Positions 8,313 through 17,912 of a stretch of DNA of 64,000 bases are shown one piece after another; the stretch's first letter is position 1, and each line of letters begins with the position of its first letter. The notes beneath the pieces were generated by a model, which saw only the letters and a program-made list of their open reading frames with translations, was not told the DNA's origin and did no database searches. The stretch spans positions 34,037 through 98,036 of the forward strand of contig CAVRAJ010000005.1 in the NCBI GenBank assembly GCA_963718945.1, in the 5' to 3' direction. Both the position numbers and the translations under genes were made by a program. The DNA comes from an uncultured Acidobacteriota bacterium. GTDB lineage: Bacteria > Acidobacteriota > Terriglobia > Acidiferrales > UBA7541.

Positions 8313-10583
8313 ATGAGCAGCACTCCCAACAGCCCCGCTGCCGCAGGCAGCCGAGGCAGCGGTATTCCGCGCGTCATCATCGCCACGACCGCGCTCCTTA
8401 CTTTCATTTCATTCTGGCGCGCAGCGGCCATCGTTTTGAACGATCTGGCCTCCTCGGCTTACTACGCGGGCGGTGAAGCGGAAGGCTACATCGGCAAGAC
8501 CGCGCCGTGGTTCATTCTGGCCATCATGCTGTTCTCGTATGCGGTTCGTGCCGTGTACGTCGAGAGCTGCAGCATGTTCGTGCGCGGCGGCGTGTACCGC
8601 GCGGTGAAACAGTCCCTCGGTGGAACTCTCGCAAAGTTCAGCGTGTCCGCTCTGATGTTCGACTACATTCTTACGGGCCCGATCAGCGGCGTTGCCGCGG
8701 GGCAGTATCTGGCCGGGCTGATCAGCGAACTGCTGCACTATTCTCACCTCGGCAATCCGCTCACACCGTACGAGGTGAGCTTTATCGCAGCGAGCTTCGC
8801 GATTCTCGTAACGGTTTATTTCTGGTGGCAGAACACCAAGGGTATTCCGGAGTCAAGCGACAAAGCACTGTTCATCATGAAGCTGGTGACCGTGATGGTG
8901 GTGCTCCTGATCGCCTGGTGTATTTACACGGCGATCCTCAGGCATTCCGCACTCCCGCCCTGGCCGCACCCGCGCAATCTCCGATTGGATGCGGGCGCGC
9001 TCGGCTGGCTTGCAGGAAGTCCTCTACCGCACATGTTCGGCATCATCGCCATCTTCATTGGATTGGGGCACTCAGTCCTAGCCATGAGCGGAGAAGAGTC
9101 TCTGGCGCAGGTGTACCGCGAAATTGAACACCCCAAACTGCCGAACCTGAAGAAAGCAGGATTGGTTATTTTCGTCTACAGCCTGGTCTTCACGTCCCTG
9201 GTTTCCTTTTTTGCAGTGATGATCATTCCCGATACAGTCCGGCAAAATTATCTCGAAAATCTTATCGGTGGGCTGGCGATGAGCTTGCAGGGCCCGCTCA
9301 TCGCGCGCCTGATCTTTCACGGCTTTGTCGTTGTAGTGGGCACGTTCATCCTGGCCGGAGCGGTGAATACCGCCATCGTCGGCTCGAATGGTGTGCTGAA
9401 CCGCGTTTCCGAGGACGGAGTTCTCAGTGCGTGGTTCCGGCAGCCGCATCCGCGATTCGGCACGAGCTACCGGCTCATCAACATCATCGTCGCGCTGCAA
9501 ATTCTGACCATTTTTATCAGCCGTGGCGACGTCACTTTTCTTGCAAACCTATACGCCTTCGGGGTCATCTGGAGTTTTACGATGAACGGCCTGGCTGTAC
9601 TCGTCCTGCGCTACACGCGGCCGGGCCAGCGTGAATTCCAGGTGCCGTTTAATTTCTATATTCGCGGGGTACAAATCCCGGTCGGCCTCGGTTTGATCAC
9701 CCTGACGCTCTTTCTCATCGCCGTCACCAATCTCTTCACCAAGCCCGTGGCCACCATGGCCGGCGGCGCATTTTCCGTTCTTCTCTTTGTCATTTTCTCG
9801 ATCTCTGAGCGCCGCACTCACAAAGGCGGCGCTTCTCAGGTGGAGATGGACCAGTTCAATCTGGAATTGGAGTCCGAACTGACTCCGGAGGCCGTCGGCG
9901 CGCGTTCCGGCAACATTCTCGTGCCGGTAAGCAACCACTTCAATCTCTACCATTTGGGCAACGTCCTCGACCGCATCAAGCCGGGACGCCGCGACGTGGT
10001 CGTTTTGCATGTGCGCTTGTTGCGCCGTTCAGCCTCCGGAGAAAACGAACTGGACGCGGATCAGCTTTTTGGCAGCATCGAGCAGCATCTTTTTTCACAG
10101 GCGCTCTCGATGGCCGAAAAGCGCGGGAAGTCGATTCGCCTCGCCGTCGTCGCCTCGAACGACCTCTGGGAAGGCATCCTGCGCGCGGGCGCTTCGTTGC
10201 AGTCCAGCACGATTGTCATTGGGCGCTCCGCAAAGGACAACACCGAGGAACAGGCGCGGCAGATCGGCGATGCGTGGGAAAAACTCGGGGACATCAAGCC
10301 GCAATTCAACCTTGAAATTCATTTGCCGAACGGCGACAAGATCTACAAGGTCCTCGGGCCGCACGCTCCGAACCTGACCGCCAACGAAGTAAATCTCCTG
10401 CATCGGTTGTGGCTGCGCTTCAGCGACGTGCTGGCGCCGCAGGAACTGCACCATCACGACGTGGTGCATTTCGCGCTCGAGGAAGTCCAGAAAGAGATCG
10501 AAGAGGGGCGAGAAGATGCGGTCGTGAAGCGGCTACGCGTTCACATCGAAGCAAACCAAACGAAAAAACCGCCATCCGCTTGA
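8313..10583 (+). CDS. APC-superfamily amino-acid/polyamine permease fused to a C-terminal universal-stress-protein-like domain
   Basis: About 12 TM helices over the first roughly 500 aa with APC-like sequence. The soluble C-terminal roughly 240 aa (NILVPVSNHFNLYHLGNVLD...VVVLHVRLL...IVIGRS) looks like a USP/adenine-nucleotide-alpha-hydrolase fold. Confidence 0.8.
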   Translation: MSSTPNSPAAAGSRGSGIPRVIIATTALLTFISFWRAAAIVLNDLASSAYYAGGEAEGYIGKTAPWFILAIMLFSYAVRAVYVESCSMFVRGGVYRAVKQSLGGTLAKFSVSALMFDYILTGPISGVAAGQYLAGLISELLHYSHLGNPLTPYEVSFIAASFAILVTVYFWWQNTKGIPESSDKALFIMKLVTVMVVLLIAWCIYTAILRHSALPPWPHPRNLRLDAGALGWLAGSPLPHMFGIIAIFIGLGHSVLAMSGEESLAQVYREIEHPKLPNLKKAGLVIFVYSLVFTSLVSFFAVMIIPDTVRQNYLENLIGGLAMSLQGPLIARLIFHGFVVVVGTFILAGAVNTAIVGSNGVLNRVSEDGVLSAWFRQPHPRFGTSYRLINIIVALQILTIFISRGDVTFLANLYAFGVIWSFTMNGLAVLVLRYTRPGQREFQVPFNFYIRGVQIPVGLGLITLTLFLIAVTNLFTKPVATMAGGAFSVLLFVIFSISERRTHKGGASQVEMDQFNLELESELTPEAVGARSGNILVPVSNHFNLYHLGNVLDRIKPGRRDVVVLHVRLLRRSASGENELDADQLFGSIEQHLFSQALSMAEKRGKSIRLAVVASNDLWEGILRAGASLQSSTIVIGRSAKDNTEEQARQIGDAWEKLGDIKPQFNLEIHLPNGDKIYKVLGPHAPNLTANEVNLLHRLWLRFSDVLAPQELHHHDVVHFALEEVQKEIEEGREDAVVKRLRVHIEANQTKKPPSA

Positions 10584-10633
10584 AGCCCTCGTCTGCCTGC
10601 GGAAATTCTCCAGTCAATAAAGAATGATTTGTC

Positions 10634-11068
10634 TTACGCGAGCTGTGTCGTGCAGTGGCCGCAGCGCTTTGCCTGGATGGGGATGCTCATGGCGCACTGA
10701 GGGCAATCCTTGGTCGTGGGCGCTGCGGGCGGCGCCGGCTTCTTCGTCCAGCGATTCACGGAACGCACGAGAAGAAATACAGCGAACGCGACGATCAAAA
10801 AGTTGATGACATTGTTCAGAAACATTCCGTAGTTAAGTGTCGGGACTCCCGCCGCCTTGGCCGCTGCAATTGTTTCATAGTGCGCGGAGGAGAGGCTGAT
10901 GAACAGGTTCGAGAAATCGATGGGTCCAATGAGCCTCCCGAGAGGGGGCATCATGACGTCCTCGACGAAAGATGTGACGATCTTTCCGAATGCCACTCCA
11001 ATGATGATGCCGACTGCCATGTCCAGCACGTTTCCGCGCATGGCGAACTCTTTGAATTCTTTCAGCAT
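10634..11068 (-). CDS. mscL: Large-conductance mechanosensitive channel MscL with a C-terminal CPxC...CxxC zinc-ribbon tail
   Basis: MLKEFKEFAMRGNVLDMAVGIIIGVAFGKIVTSFVEDVMMPPLG is the canonical MscL N-terminus/TM1. The tail is KDCPQCAMSIPIQAKRCGHCTTQLA. Confidence 0.9.
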   Translation of the reverse strand: MLKEFKEFAMRGNVLDMAVGIIIGVAFGKIVTSFVEDVMMPPLGRLIGPIDFSNLFISLSSAHYETIAAAKAAGVPTLNYGMFLNNVINFLIVAFAVFLLVRSVNRWTKKPAPPAAPTTKDCPQCAMSIPIQAKRCGHCTTQLA

Positions 11069-11205
11069 GAAGTGCCTCCTTTTTGTCTAAGAACGTGGGC
11101 CACGCGATCGCCCCGCATGTCCGCGGAAGCAGAGAGGGGCCGTTTGGTGGACAGATTATATCTGAAGCGCCGAGAGAAGTATGACGGAAATGCAACCGCG
11201 GAAAA

Positions 11206-11571
11206 TCAGCGTGGGCGAAAAACGAGGACTGTCCCGATGATTCCGCGCAGGGCCATCAATGCGCCGGCGGTGGCTAGCAGCGGCCCGACCCACTCGAATG
11301 GCACGCGTGAAATGGCCAGCATCATCACGCCTAGCAGAATCAGCGAAAGCCCGCGGGTCCAGTTTTCCCAGCGTGCCCGCGATTCGCCTGGCCCATAGAG
11401 CGCTCGCAGTCCCCAGAGGATCAGCGCAGCGCTGAGGATGAGCCAGGACGGTTTGTGGCGCTCCACGGAAACGCGCTCCGAAAGCGCCAGCCAAATGACA
11501 AGCGCGCCCAGCAGCACAAAGATCATTTCAATCATAAGCCGGAGAACGCGCTCGGGTGTCAGCATCGTCAC
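11206..11571 (-). CDS. Small integral membrane protein, function unknown
   Basis: 121 aa with about four hydrophobic helices, tightly spaced upstream of the cyclophilin gene on the same strand. Confidence 0.5.
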   Translation of the reverse strand: MTMLTPERVLRLMIEMIFVLLGALVIWLALSERVSVERHKPSWLILSAALILWGLRALYGPGESRARWENWTRGLSLILLGVMMLAISRVPFEWVGPLLATAGALMALRGIIGTVLVFRPR

Positions 11572-11580
11572 GCCGCGTCT

Positions 11581-12108
11581 CTAGGGGACTCGCTCGATGC
11601 GCACTTTCTGCATGGTTACTGGCGTCTTTGGCCGGTCGCTCGAATCGCGCGGCAGGTTGGAAATTTTATTGGCAACGTCCTGGCCCTCGACCACTTCGCC
11701 AAAAATGGTGTGCTTATTATCGAGCCACGGCGTTGCGGCTACGGTGATGAAAAACTGGCTGCCATTCGTGCCCGGCCCGGAGTTGGCCATGGAAAGCTTG
11801 CCAGCTTTGGAATGGTTGAGGGAAGGATGAAATTCATCCGCGAATTTATATCCAGGACCGCCTCGGCCACTACCCTGCGGGCAGCCGCCCTGAATCATGA
11901 ATTGCGGAATCACGCGGTGAAAGCCAAGCCCATCGTAGAAATTCTTTTTCAGCTTTTTGCCGGTGCTTTCGTCCGTAAATTCCCTGGTGCCCTCGGCCAG
12001 TCCGATGAAATTCTCGACGGTTTTGGGCGCTTCCTTTGCGAGCAGCTTCACCACAATATTCCCCTGCGAAGTCTCGAAAATTGCGTACGTCCCTGATGGT
12101 CGGCTCAT
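11581..12108 (-). CDS. ppiB: Peptidyl-prolyl cis-trans isomerase, cyclophilin type
   Basis: FHRVIPQFMIQGGCPQG...SMANSGPGTNGSQFFIT...LDNKHTIFGEVVEG are cyclophilin signatures. Confidence 0.92.
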   Translation of the reverse strand: MSRPSGTYAIFETSQGNIVVKLLAKEAPKTVENFIGLAEGTREFTDESTGKKLKKNFYDGLGFHRVIPQFMIQGGCPQGSGRGGPGYKFADEFHPSLNHSKAGKLSMANSGPGTNGSQFFITVAATPWLDNKHTIFGEVVEGQDVANKISNLPRDSSDRPKTPVTMQKVRIERVP

Positions 12109-12172
12109 GCATTCTCCTCGTGTACTAAATTATCCTACACGAGCCGCAGCACACCGCGCCAGTTGCCGCGCG

Positions 12173-12694
12173 TCACCAGCCCTTTTGTTTGCGTAATTCC
12201 GTGATGTGCGCCCCGTGATGCTTTCCGTGCCATTCGTAAATGAAAAGGAGCCAGTCGACGTCGCGTTCGCCATGGTCCGGGTGCACCAAGAGGCGGGCGA
12301 AGTGCTCCGGCTTCAACGATCGCCAGAGGCGGTCCCAGCGATCGTGGACGGAATCGAGCAGAGTCTGCGATGTCTCGATCGGCGCTGATTTCGAATCCGC
12401 CAGCTCTGCCCAGGCTGCCTCATTGTAGGGCTTGATCGTGGGCTTATCCTCCGTGAGGGCAAGTTTCAGCCGGACAAGCGCATTCATGTGGCTGTCCGGA
12501 ACGTGGTGGATCACCTGGCGCACTGTCCATCCGCCATCGCGATACGGCGTATCCAATTGCGCATCTTTCAGGCCTCTCACGGCCGCACGCAATTTAGCGG
12601 GTGTTGAGGCAATCTCCTTGATGGCCGCTTGACGCCGCTCGGGCGTCACTTGCGCGGGCATTGCGAATTTTCCAATGGGATAGCGCGGATCCAT
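12173..12694 (-). CDS. DinB/YfiT-family putative metal-dependent hydrolase/thiol transferase
   Basis: The YfiT-like N-terminus YPIGKF, GWTVRQVIHHVPDSHMNA and the C-terminal WHGKHHGAHI form a His triad typical of the DinB fold. Confidence 0.8.
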   Translation of the reverse strand: MDPRYPIGKFAMPAQVTPERRQAAIKEIASTPAKLRAAVRGLKDAQLDTPYRDGGWTVRQVIHHVPDSHMNALVRLKLALTEDKPTIKPYNEAAWAELADSKSAPIETSQTLLDSVHDRWDRLWRSLKPEHFARLLVHPDHGERDVDWLLFIYEWHGKHHGAHITELRKQKGW

Positions 12695-12930
12695 CTGATT
12701 TTCTCCTTGAGCGGCCTCGATCTTCCGTCAGCCGATGCCTGTGACTATAGCTGCGGCTTTCCGCAGCGGTCAATGCGAAGCGAGAAAAGTGCCTCTCCAA
12801 TTTGGACGCTCCGAAGCCCGAGCTGCGGGGCGGGGAATGCTACAATATCCAACCCCGAGCTTAATCGAGGGCCGACTGCCGAGTTGTATCGGCGGGTTGA
12901 ATCGAAAAAGCACACTGCCGAATCTAATAT

Positions 12931-13866
12931 GTGGAGAAAATCGGAATGCACAATGTCGTGATTATCGGCAGCGGCTGCGCCGGGCTTACCGCTGCAATCT
13001 ATACTGCCCGCGCCAATCTGAAACCCCTGGTGATTGACGGCCACGAGCAGGGCGGCCAGCTTTCTCTCACCACGCACGTCGAGAATTATCCCGGCTTCCC
13101 CGATGGCATCTTGGGACCCGAGCTCATCGAAAATATGCGCAAGCAGGCGCAAAAATTCGGCGCGGAGTTCAAAGCCGGCGTCGTGAACGAAGTGGACCTC
13201 ACGCAGCGTCCTTTCAAGCTCACGGCTGGCAAAGATACCTACGAAGCTCAAACGCTGATTGTCGCCGCCGGCGCCTCGGCACGCTTGCTGGGCCTGCAGG
13301 GCGAGCGGGAACTGATTGGCCGCGGTGTTTCCACATGCGCGACTTGCGACGGCTATTTCTTCCGCGAGAAGGCCATCGCCGTCGTGGGCGGCGGAGATTC
13401 CGCGATGGAAGAGGCCAATTTTCTGACGCGCTATGCCAGCAAGGTGTACCTCATCCACCGGCGCAACGAATTTCGCGCCTCCAAAATCATGATTGATCGC
13501 GCCAAAGCCAATGCGAAAGTGGAGTTCGTGACGCCTTTCGTCGTCGAGGAAATTCTCGCGCCGCCAGGCCAGGTCGAGGGCGCCCGCCTGCGCAACTTGC
13601 AGACGAAAGAGCTTCGCGAAATCGCCGTACATGGGATATTCGTCGCCATTGGCCACGATCCGAACTCGACCGTGTTCAAGGGCAAGCTCGAGATGGACAG
13701 TAATGGCTACCTCATTGCCAAACGCGGCACCCTCACGTCCGTTCCCGGTGTGTTCGTCGCTGGCGATGTGCAAGATCATCGCTACCGCCAGGCCGTCACC
13801 GCAGCGGGCTCAGGCTGCATGGCCGCGCTCGATGCGGAAAAGTTCCTGGAAGAGCACAAGGACTAG
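12931..13866 (+). CDS. trxB: Thioredoxin-disulfide reductase
   Basis: GSGCAG FAD motif, redox-active CATCDG, GGGDSAMEEA NADPH motif and the C-terminal GDVQD...RQAVTAAGSGCMAALDAEKFL. Confidence 0.93.
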   Translation: MEKIGMHNVVIIGSGCAGLTAAIYTARANLKPLVIDGHEQGGQLSLTTHVENYPGFPDGILGPELIENMRKQAQKFGAEFKAGVVNEVDLTQRPFKLTAGKDTYEAQTLIVAAGASARLLGLQGERELIGRGVSTCATCDGYFFREKAIAVVGGGDSAMEEANFLTRYASKVYLIHRRNEFRASKIMIDRAKANAKVEFVTPFVVEEILAPPGQVEGARLRNLQTKELREIAVHGIFVAIGHDPNSTVFKGKLEMDSNGYLIAKRGTLTSVPGVFVAGDVQDHRYRQAVTAAGSGCMAALDAEKFLEEHKD

Positions 13867-13900
13867 TCCCTGAGGTTTGAGACGGGCATAATCATATTGC

Positions 13901-14812
13901 ATGCTGCGCGCGACGCTTCTTAAGCTCTCCGAGAGTTCCCGCTTCGCCAAATGGGTCACTTCCAACGGCACCACGCGCCGCATGGCGCGCCGTTTCGTCG
14001 CCGGTGAAACGCTCGACGAAGCCATCGAAGCCGCCCGCGCCTGCAACAACGCCGGAATGTTAGTCAGCCTCGATTATCTCGGAGAGAATTGCTCGACTAC
14101 GACGGATGCACAAAAATCTCGCGACTCCTATCTCGAAGTATACGAACGCATCGCTCAGGAAAAGCTTCACGCCAATGTTTCCTGCAAGCTGACGCAGCTC
14201 GGTTTGGACCTAAACGTTGATTTTTGCCAGGGCCTGGTCCGCTCCATCGCTGAACGCGCCGCTGCCTACGACAATTTTCTCCGCATTGACATGGAAGGTT
14301 CGCTATACACGCAGCGAACCGTCGATCTTGTCAAGCGGGTCCGTTCCAGCACACCCGCCGTTGGCACGGTGATCCAGTCCTACCTGTATCGCAGCGAAAC
14401 CGACATCCAGGATTTGCTCGCCTACGGTTGCCGCATCCGGCTTTGCAAGGGCGCCTATAAAGAGTTGCCGGACGTTGCGTATCCGCGGAAAAAAGATACG
14501 GACTTCAACTATATCCGCTTGATGAAAATTCTCTTGCCCAGCGGCTTCTATCACGGATTTGCCACGCACGATCCGCGCATGATTGCCGAAACGATCAGAT
14601 GGGCCGCCGCCAAGCAGATTTCCAAGGATGATTTCGAGTTTCAGATGCTTTATGGCGTGCGGGCCGACTTGCAGCGCCGCCTCGTGAAAGATGGCTATCG
14701 CCTGCGCGTCTACATTCCCTATGGCAACGACTGGTTCCCGTATTTCATGCGTCGCCTGGCCGAGCGTCCCGCCAACCTCGGCTTTTTCATCCGCAGCTTC
14801 CTGCGCTCTTAG
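13901..14812 (+). CDS. Proline dehydrogenase (monofunctional ProDH)
   Basis: RRFVAGETLDEAI...VSLDYLGE...MEGS...QSYLYRS...RLCKGAY...ATHD...FQMLYGVR matches the ProDH beta-alpha barrel family. Confidence 0.85.
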   Translation: MLRATLLKLSESSRFAKWVTSNGTTRRMARRFVAGETLDEAIEAARACNNAGMLVSLDYLGENCSTTTDAQKSRDSYLEVYERIAQEKLHANVSCKLTQLGLDLNVDFCQGLVRSIAERAAAYDNFLRIDMEGSLYTQRTVDLVKRVRSSTPAVGTVIQSYLYRSETDIQDLLAYGCRIRLCKGAYKELPDVAYPRKKDTDFNYIRLMKILLPSGFYHGFATHDPRMIAETIRWAAAKQISKDDFEFQMLYGVRADLQRRLVKDGYRLRVYIPYGNDWFPYFMRRLAERPANLGFFIRSFLRS

Positions 14813-14821
14813 CGTCCAGCA

Positions 14822-15478
14822 TCACTGTTTTCGGCAAACGGTAACGCCATCGCGCAGCGGTATCAGAACGGGGTAGAGTTCTTTCGAGGTATAGACCAGC
14901 CGGTTGAACTCTTGTACGCCTCGTGTTGCGGCATCATCCGCAGCGGCGGGTCGCGCCGCTTTACCCGACCACAGCGTATTATCCGTGATGAACAACCCTC
15001 CGCGCCGAAGCTTTGGCAGCGCCACGCGCAGCGCGTCGGGATATTGGTGCTTATCGACATCGTTGAAGATCAGGTCAAATTTTCCAGTAGTCTTCTTGAG
15101 TAATTGAAGTGCGTCACCCACCTGAACGTCAATGCGCTTTGCCACTCCCGCCCGCCGAAAATACCCGCGTGCGCGCTGCGCGTTCGCCGGATCGCCGTCG
15201 GTATAGTGAACTCTTCCCTTTGCTCCGGCTGCTCGCGCCAGCCATATCGTCGAATAGCCGATGGCCGAGCCCATTTCGAAAATGCGTTTCGCATCGGAAA
15301 CCTGCGCGAGCAGCGCGAGCAAGCGAGCTACCGCCGGCCCAATGATCGGCACGCGGTGTTCTGCGGCGTATCTTTCCATCTCGTTGATGACGGCGTCCCG
15401 CTCCGGCAGCAGTTCGTAGAGATATTCTTCGACATCGTCTTGTATATAGCCGCTACGCAAATTCTCGCTGCGAATCAC
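14822..15478 (-). CDS. Class I SAM-dependent O-methyltransferase (family 3, caffeoyl-CoA-OMT/YrrM-like)
   Basis: ILALLAQVSDAKRIFEMGSAIGYSTIWLA...FDLIFNDVDKHQYP... is the O-methyltransferase family 3 layout. Confidence 0.85.
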   Translation of the reverse strand: MIRSENLRSGYIQDDVEEYLYELLPERDAVINEMERYAAEHRVPIIGPAVARLLALLAQVSDAKRIFEMGSAIGYSTIWLARAAGAKGRVHYTDGDPANAQRARGYFRRAGVAKRIDVQVGDALQLLKKTTGKFDLIFNDVDKHQYPDALRVALPKLRRGGLFITDNTLWSGKAARPAAADDAATRGVQEFNRLVYTSKELYPVLIPLRDGVTVCRKQ

Positions 15479-16188
15479 AGGCTTTCTCCAGGTTTCAGGG
15501 CATGAATCTCCAGCCCGGCAATGTCCTTCGCTTCGCGTTGGAACCCGTCCACGGTCCCGGTCAGCATCGGAAATGTTGCATAGTGCATGGGAATCACGTG
15601 CTTCACTCCAAGCAGCCGCGTGGCGTAAGCCGCTTCTCGTGGCCCCATCGTAAAAAGGTCGCCGATCGGCAACATGGCAAGGTCGGGTTTATATAGCTCT
15701 CCAATTAACTTCATGTCTCCGAACAACGCTGTATCTCCGGCGTGATAGATCGTGAATCCTCCTGGCATTCGAATCACGTAGCCGGCAGGCTCGCCGCCAT
15801 AATGCCGCACACCGTTTTCATCGATGGAATTCGAATGAAATGCGTTCGTCATCGTCACTTCAAATTCGCCCACTTTCTGAGATCCGCCCTTGCCCATGGG
15901 ACGGATTTCATTTTCGAATCCTTTGCTCCCGATCCATAGGCATGTTTCGAATATCGCCGCAATCTTTGGCTTGTGTTGCTTCGCGAGCGCAAGCAGGTCG
16001 CCCAAGTGGTCCCCGTGGGCATGGGTCAGGAAAATGACATCGAGCTTCGGCACGTTTTTCAATTGTGCTGGGCACATGGGATTCGTCATCACCCACGGAT
16101 CGATGAGCGCCACCTGCCCCGACGGCGTCGTTAGTGAAAACGTGCTGTGACCAAAATAGGTAATTCGATTGCCCTTTGTATCGAGCAT
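15475..16188 (-). CDS. Metallo-beta-lactamase-fold hydrolase (UPF0173/YtkL-like)
   Basis: ITYFGHSTF...IDPW...LTHAHGDH...YHAGDT motifs. There is a 4-nt overlap with the downstream methyltransferase gene. Confidence 0.85.
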   Translation of the reverse strand: MLDTKGNRITYFGHSTFSLTTPSGQVALIDPWVMTNPMCPAQLKNVPKLDVIFLTHAHGDHLGDLLALAKQHKPKIAAIFETCLWIGSKGFENEIRPMGKGGSQKVGEFEVTMTNAFHSNSIDENGVRHYGGEPAGYVIRMPGGFTIYHAGDTALFGDMKLIGELYKPDLAMLPIGDLFTMGPREAAYATRLLGVKHVIPMHYATFPMLTGTVDGFQREAKDIAGLEIHALKPGESL

Positions 16189-16232
16189 TGGTTATTTCCC
16201 CCCGCATCTCGTTTTTGTTTCCAGCCAACCTG

Positions 16233-16775
16233 TTATTTTCCCGGCGATGACGTTCCGCCCTCCCCTGCCAGAAGCGAGCGAATTGCCTCTTCGTATTGCT
16301 CCCGGCCCTTCTCGCCGAGAAAATGGCTAACCTGCCGACCATCCCTCGCGTAAAAGATCGATACAGGCATCGACCCGGTCCATCCCGGAAGCACGGATTC
16401 CCTGAACGCGGCTTCCGCCCCCGCTGTCTTGCGGTAGTTGGGGAAAATGGGTTTGTATCGCGCCAGAAACCGCCGCATCAGAATCAAATCGCCGTCGTCA
16501 TCCATGCTTACGCCAACAACCTGCAAACCCTTCGGCGCATACTGTTTTGCCAGTTCGTTCAGCATCGGGTATTCGTCGCGGCAAGGCTCGCACCAGGTCG
16601 CCCAGAAATTCACCAGCAGCGCTTTTCCCCGGTATTGCTCGAGAATTTTCTGGAACCCTTGCGCGTCGATCATCTTCGGGTCGTGCGGTGCCGGGGATTG
16701 CGGTATGGCAAGTGCGGTAAGCGCCGTCCCGCCGGCCATTAAAATCAGCGTTGTAATGACAGTCCGGATCTTCAT
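16233..16775 (-). CDS. TlpA/ResA-like periplasmic thiol:disulfide oxidoreductase
   Basis: N-terminal signal/anchor and thioredoxin fold with the active site WATWCEPC. Confidence 0.85.
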   Translation of the reverse strand: MKIRTVITTLILMAGGTALTALAIPQSPAPHDPKMIDAQGFQKILEQYRGKALLVNFWATWCEPCRDEYPMLNELAKQYAPKGLQVVGVSMDDDGDLILMRRFLARYKPIFPNYRKTAGAEAAFRESVLPGWTGSMPVSIFYARDGRQVSHFLGEKGREQYEEAIRSLLAGEGGTSSPGK

Positions 16776-16957
16776 CGATGTACCTTCCTAAACCATTCTA
16801 TCCGCATGTGCGCAAGTTGAGAATCCCGTTCGCGCCAAGTACAATTGAGGCTGCTGCTTGTTGGCCCTGGCAGCGGCGTGGTATAAGAAAATTTCGCCGG
16901 ATGCTTTTCTTCCATGGAGGCACTGCCGGCCCCGCAGTTCGCCCAAAGGAGATTTGA

Positions 16958-17221
16958 ATGGCTTACGTAATCGCCGAGCCCTGCATCGGCACAAAAGACA
17001 CCGCCTGCGTGGACGTGTGTCCCGTCGATTGCATTCATCCCCGAAAGGATGAGCCGGAGTTTGAAAAGCACACGCAGCTCTATATCAATCCGACGGAATG
17101 CATCGATTGCGGCGCTTGCGTCCCGGTCTGCCCGGTGACCGCCATTTTCGCACTCGAAGATCTGCCGGAGAAGTGGAACAGTTTCACGCCGGTCAACGCG
17201 GAGTTTTACACCGCGAAATAG
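16958..17221 (+). CDS. fdxA: Ferredoxin (FdxA-like, 3Fe-4S/4Fe-4S)
   Basis: MAYVIAEPCIGTKDTACVDVCPVDCIHP and ECIDCGACVPVCPVTAI cluster motifs. Confidence 0.85.
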   Translation: MAYVIAEPCIGTKDTACVDVCPVDCIHPRKDEPEFEKHTQLYINPTECIDCGACVPVCPVTAIFALEDLPEKWNSFTPVNAEFYTAK

Positions 17222-17260
17222 CGCAAATCTGAGCTGTCCAATTAGGACTTCGGTATCACC

Positions 17261-17286
17261 ACGGCACGCTTCGGCGTGCCGTTTTT
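17261..17286 (+). terminator. Rho-independent terminator downstream of the ferredoxin gene
   Basis: 9-bp stem ACGGCACGC/GCGTGCCGT with a TTCG loop, followed by a T5 run, between convergent genes. Confidence 0.65.
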
Positions 17287-17292
17287 CTTGGC

Positions 17293-17748
17293 TCAACCTT
17301 CGAGCCGCGCCGTTTCTGTGCTCCGTCCAGCGCCGCTCATGGTCCGCTTGCGCACCTCTTCAAACGTAGTTGCAAACAGTATTTTCTCCACCGCTCCCTG
17401 AACATCCTTCCATATTTGCTTCAAGCCGCAGCTTTCTCCCTCCACGCAAACGCCGCCTAGCGCCTCGTTATGGACGCAGCTGGATTCGGCGAAAGCGCCA
17501 TCGACTACCCGTAACACCGCCCCAACGGAAATCTTCTCCGGCGCCTGCGCCAGCGTGTAACCTCCGCGCACACCTCGGCGGCTCTCCAGTATTCCTCCTC
17601 GCTTCAATTCGAGCAGGATTTGTTCCAGGTACTTCAGCGGTATGTGGTGCCTCTGTGCGATTTCGTGAATTGTCACGACTTCAGGATACTGGAGGCTCAG
17701 ATGCAGAACCGCTTGTGTGGCGTATTCGCCCTTGGCTGTGACACGCAT
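17293..17748 (-). CDS. Rrf2-family transcriptional regulator (IscR/NsrR-like)
   Basis: MRVTAKGEYATQAVLHLS...IHEIAQRHHIPLKYLEQILLELKRGGILESRRGVRGGY plus three spaced Cys (C..CVEGESC) consistent with an Fe-S ligand set. Confidence 0.85.
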   Translation of the reverse strand: MRVTAKGEYATQAVLHLSLQYPEVVTIHEIAQRHHIPLKYLEQILLELKRGGILESRRGVRGGYTLAQAPEKISVGAVLRVVDGAFAESSCVHNEALGGVCVEGESCGLKQIWKDVQGAVEKILFATTFEEVRKRTMSGAGRSTETARLEG

Positions 17749-17912
17749 CGTGTATTCTATTCCTTGGTTAGCCTTTCACACGCGCGATGGGGTGTCAATC
17801 TCCCGCTCCCGCTGCGTACTCGAGGCCGTATCCTGCATCAAAACAAAAGGGAAAGGTGCGCCCTTTGTGCAGGCTTCTCATCTCCTGAATCGGAAATCTT
17901 GTTTCGCACAGT

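Noticed and set aside
12745-13779. 344-aa minus-strand ORF
   Set aside because: It is antisense to trxB, whose FAD/NADPH and CATC motifs are unambiguous.
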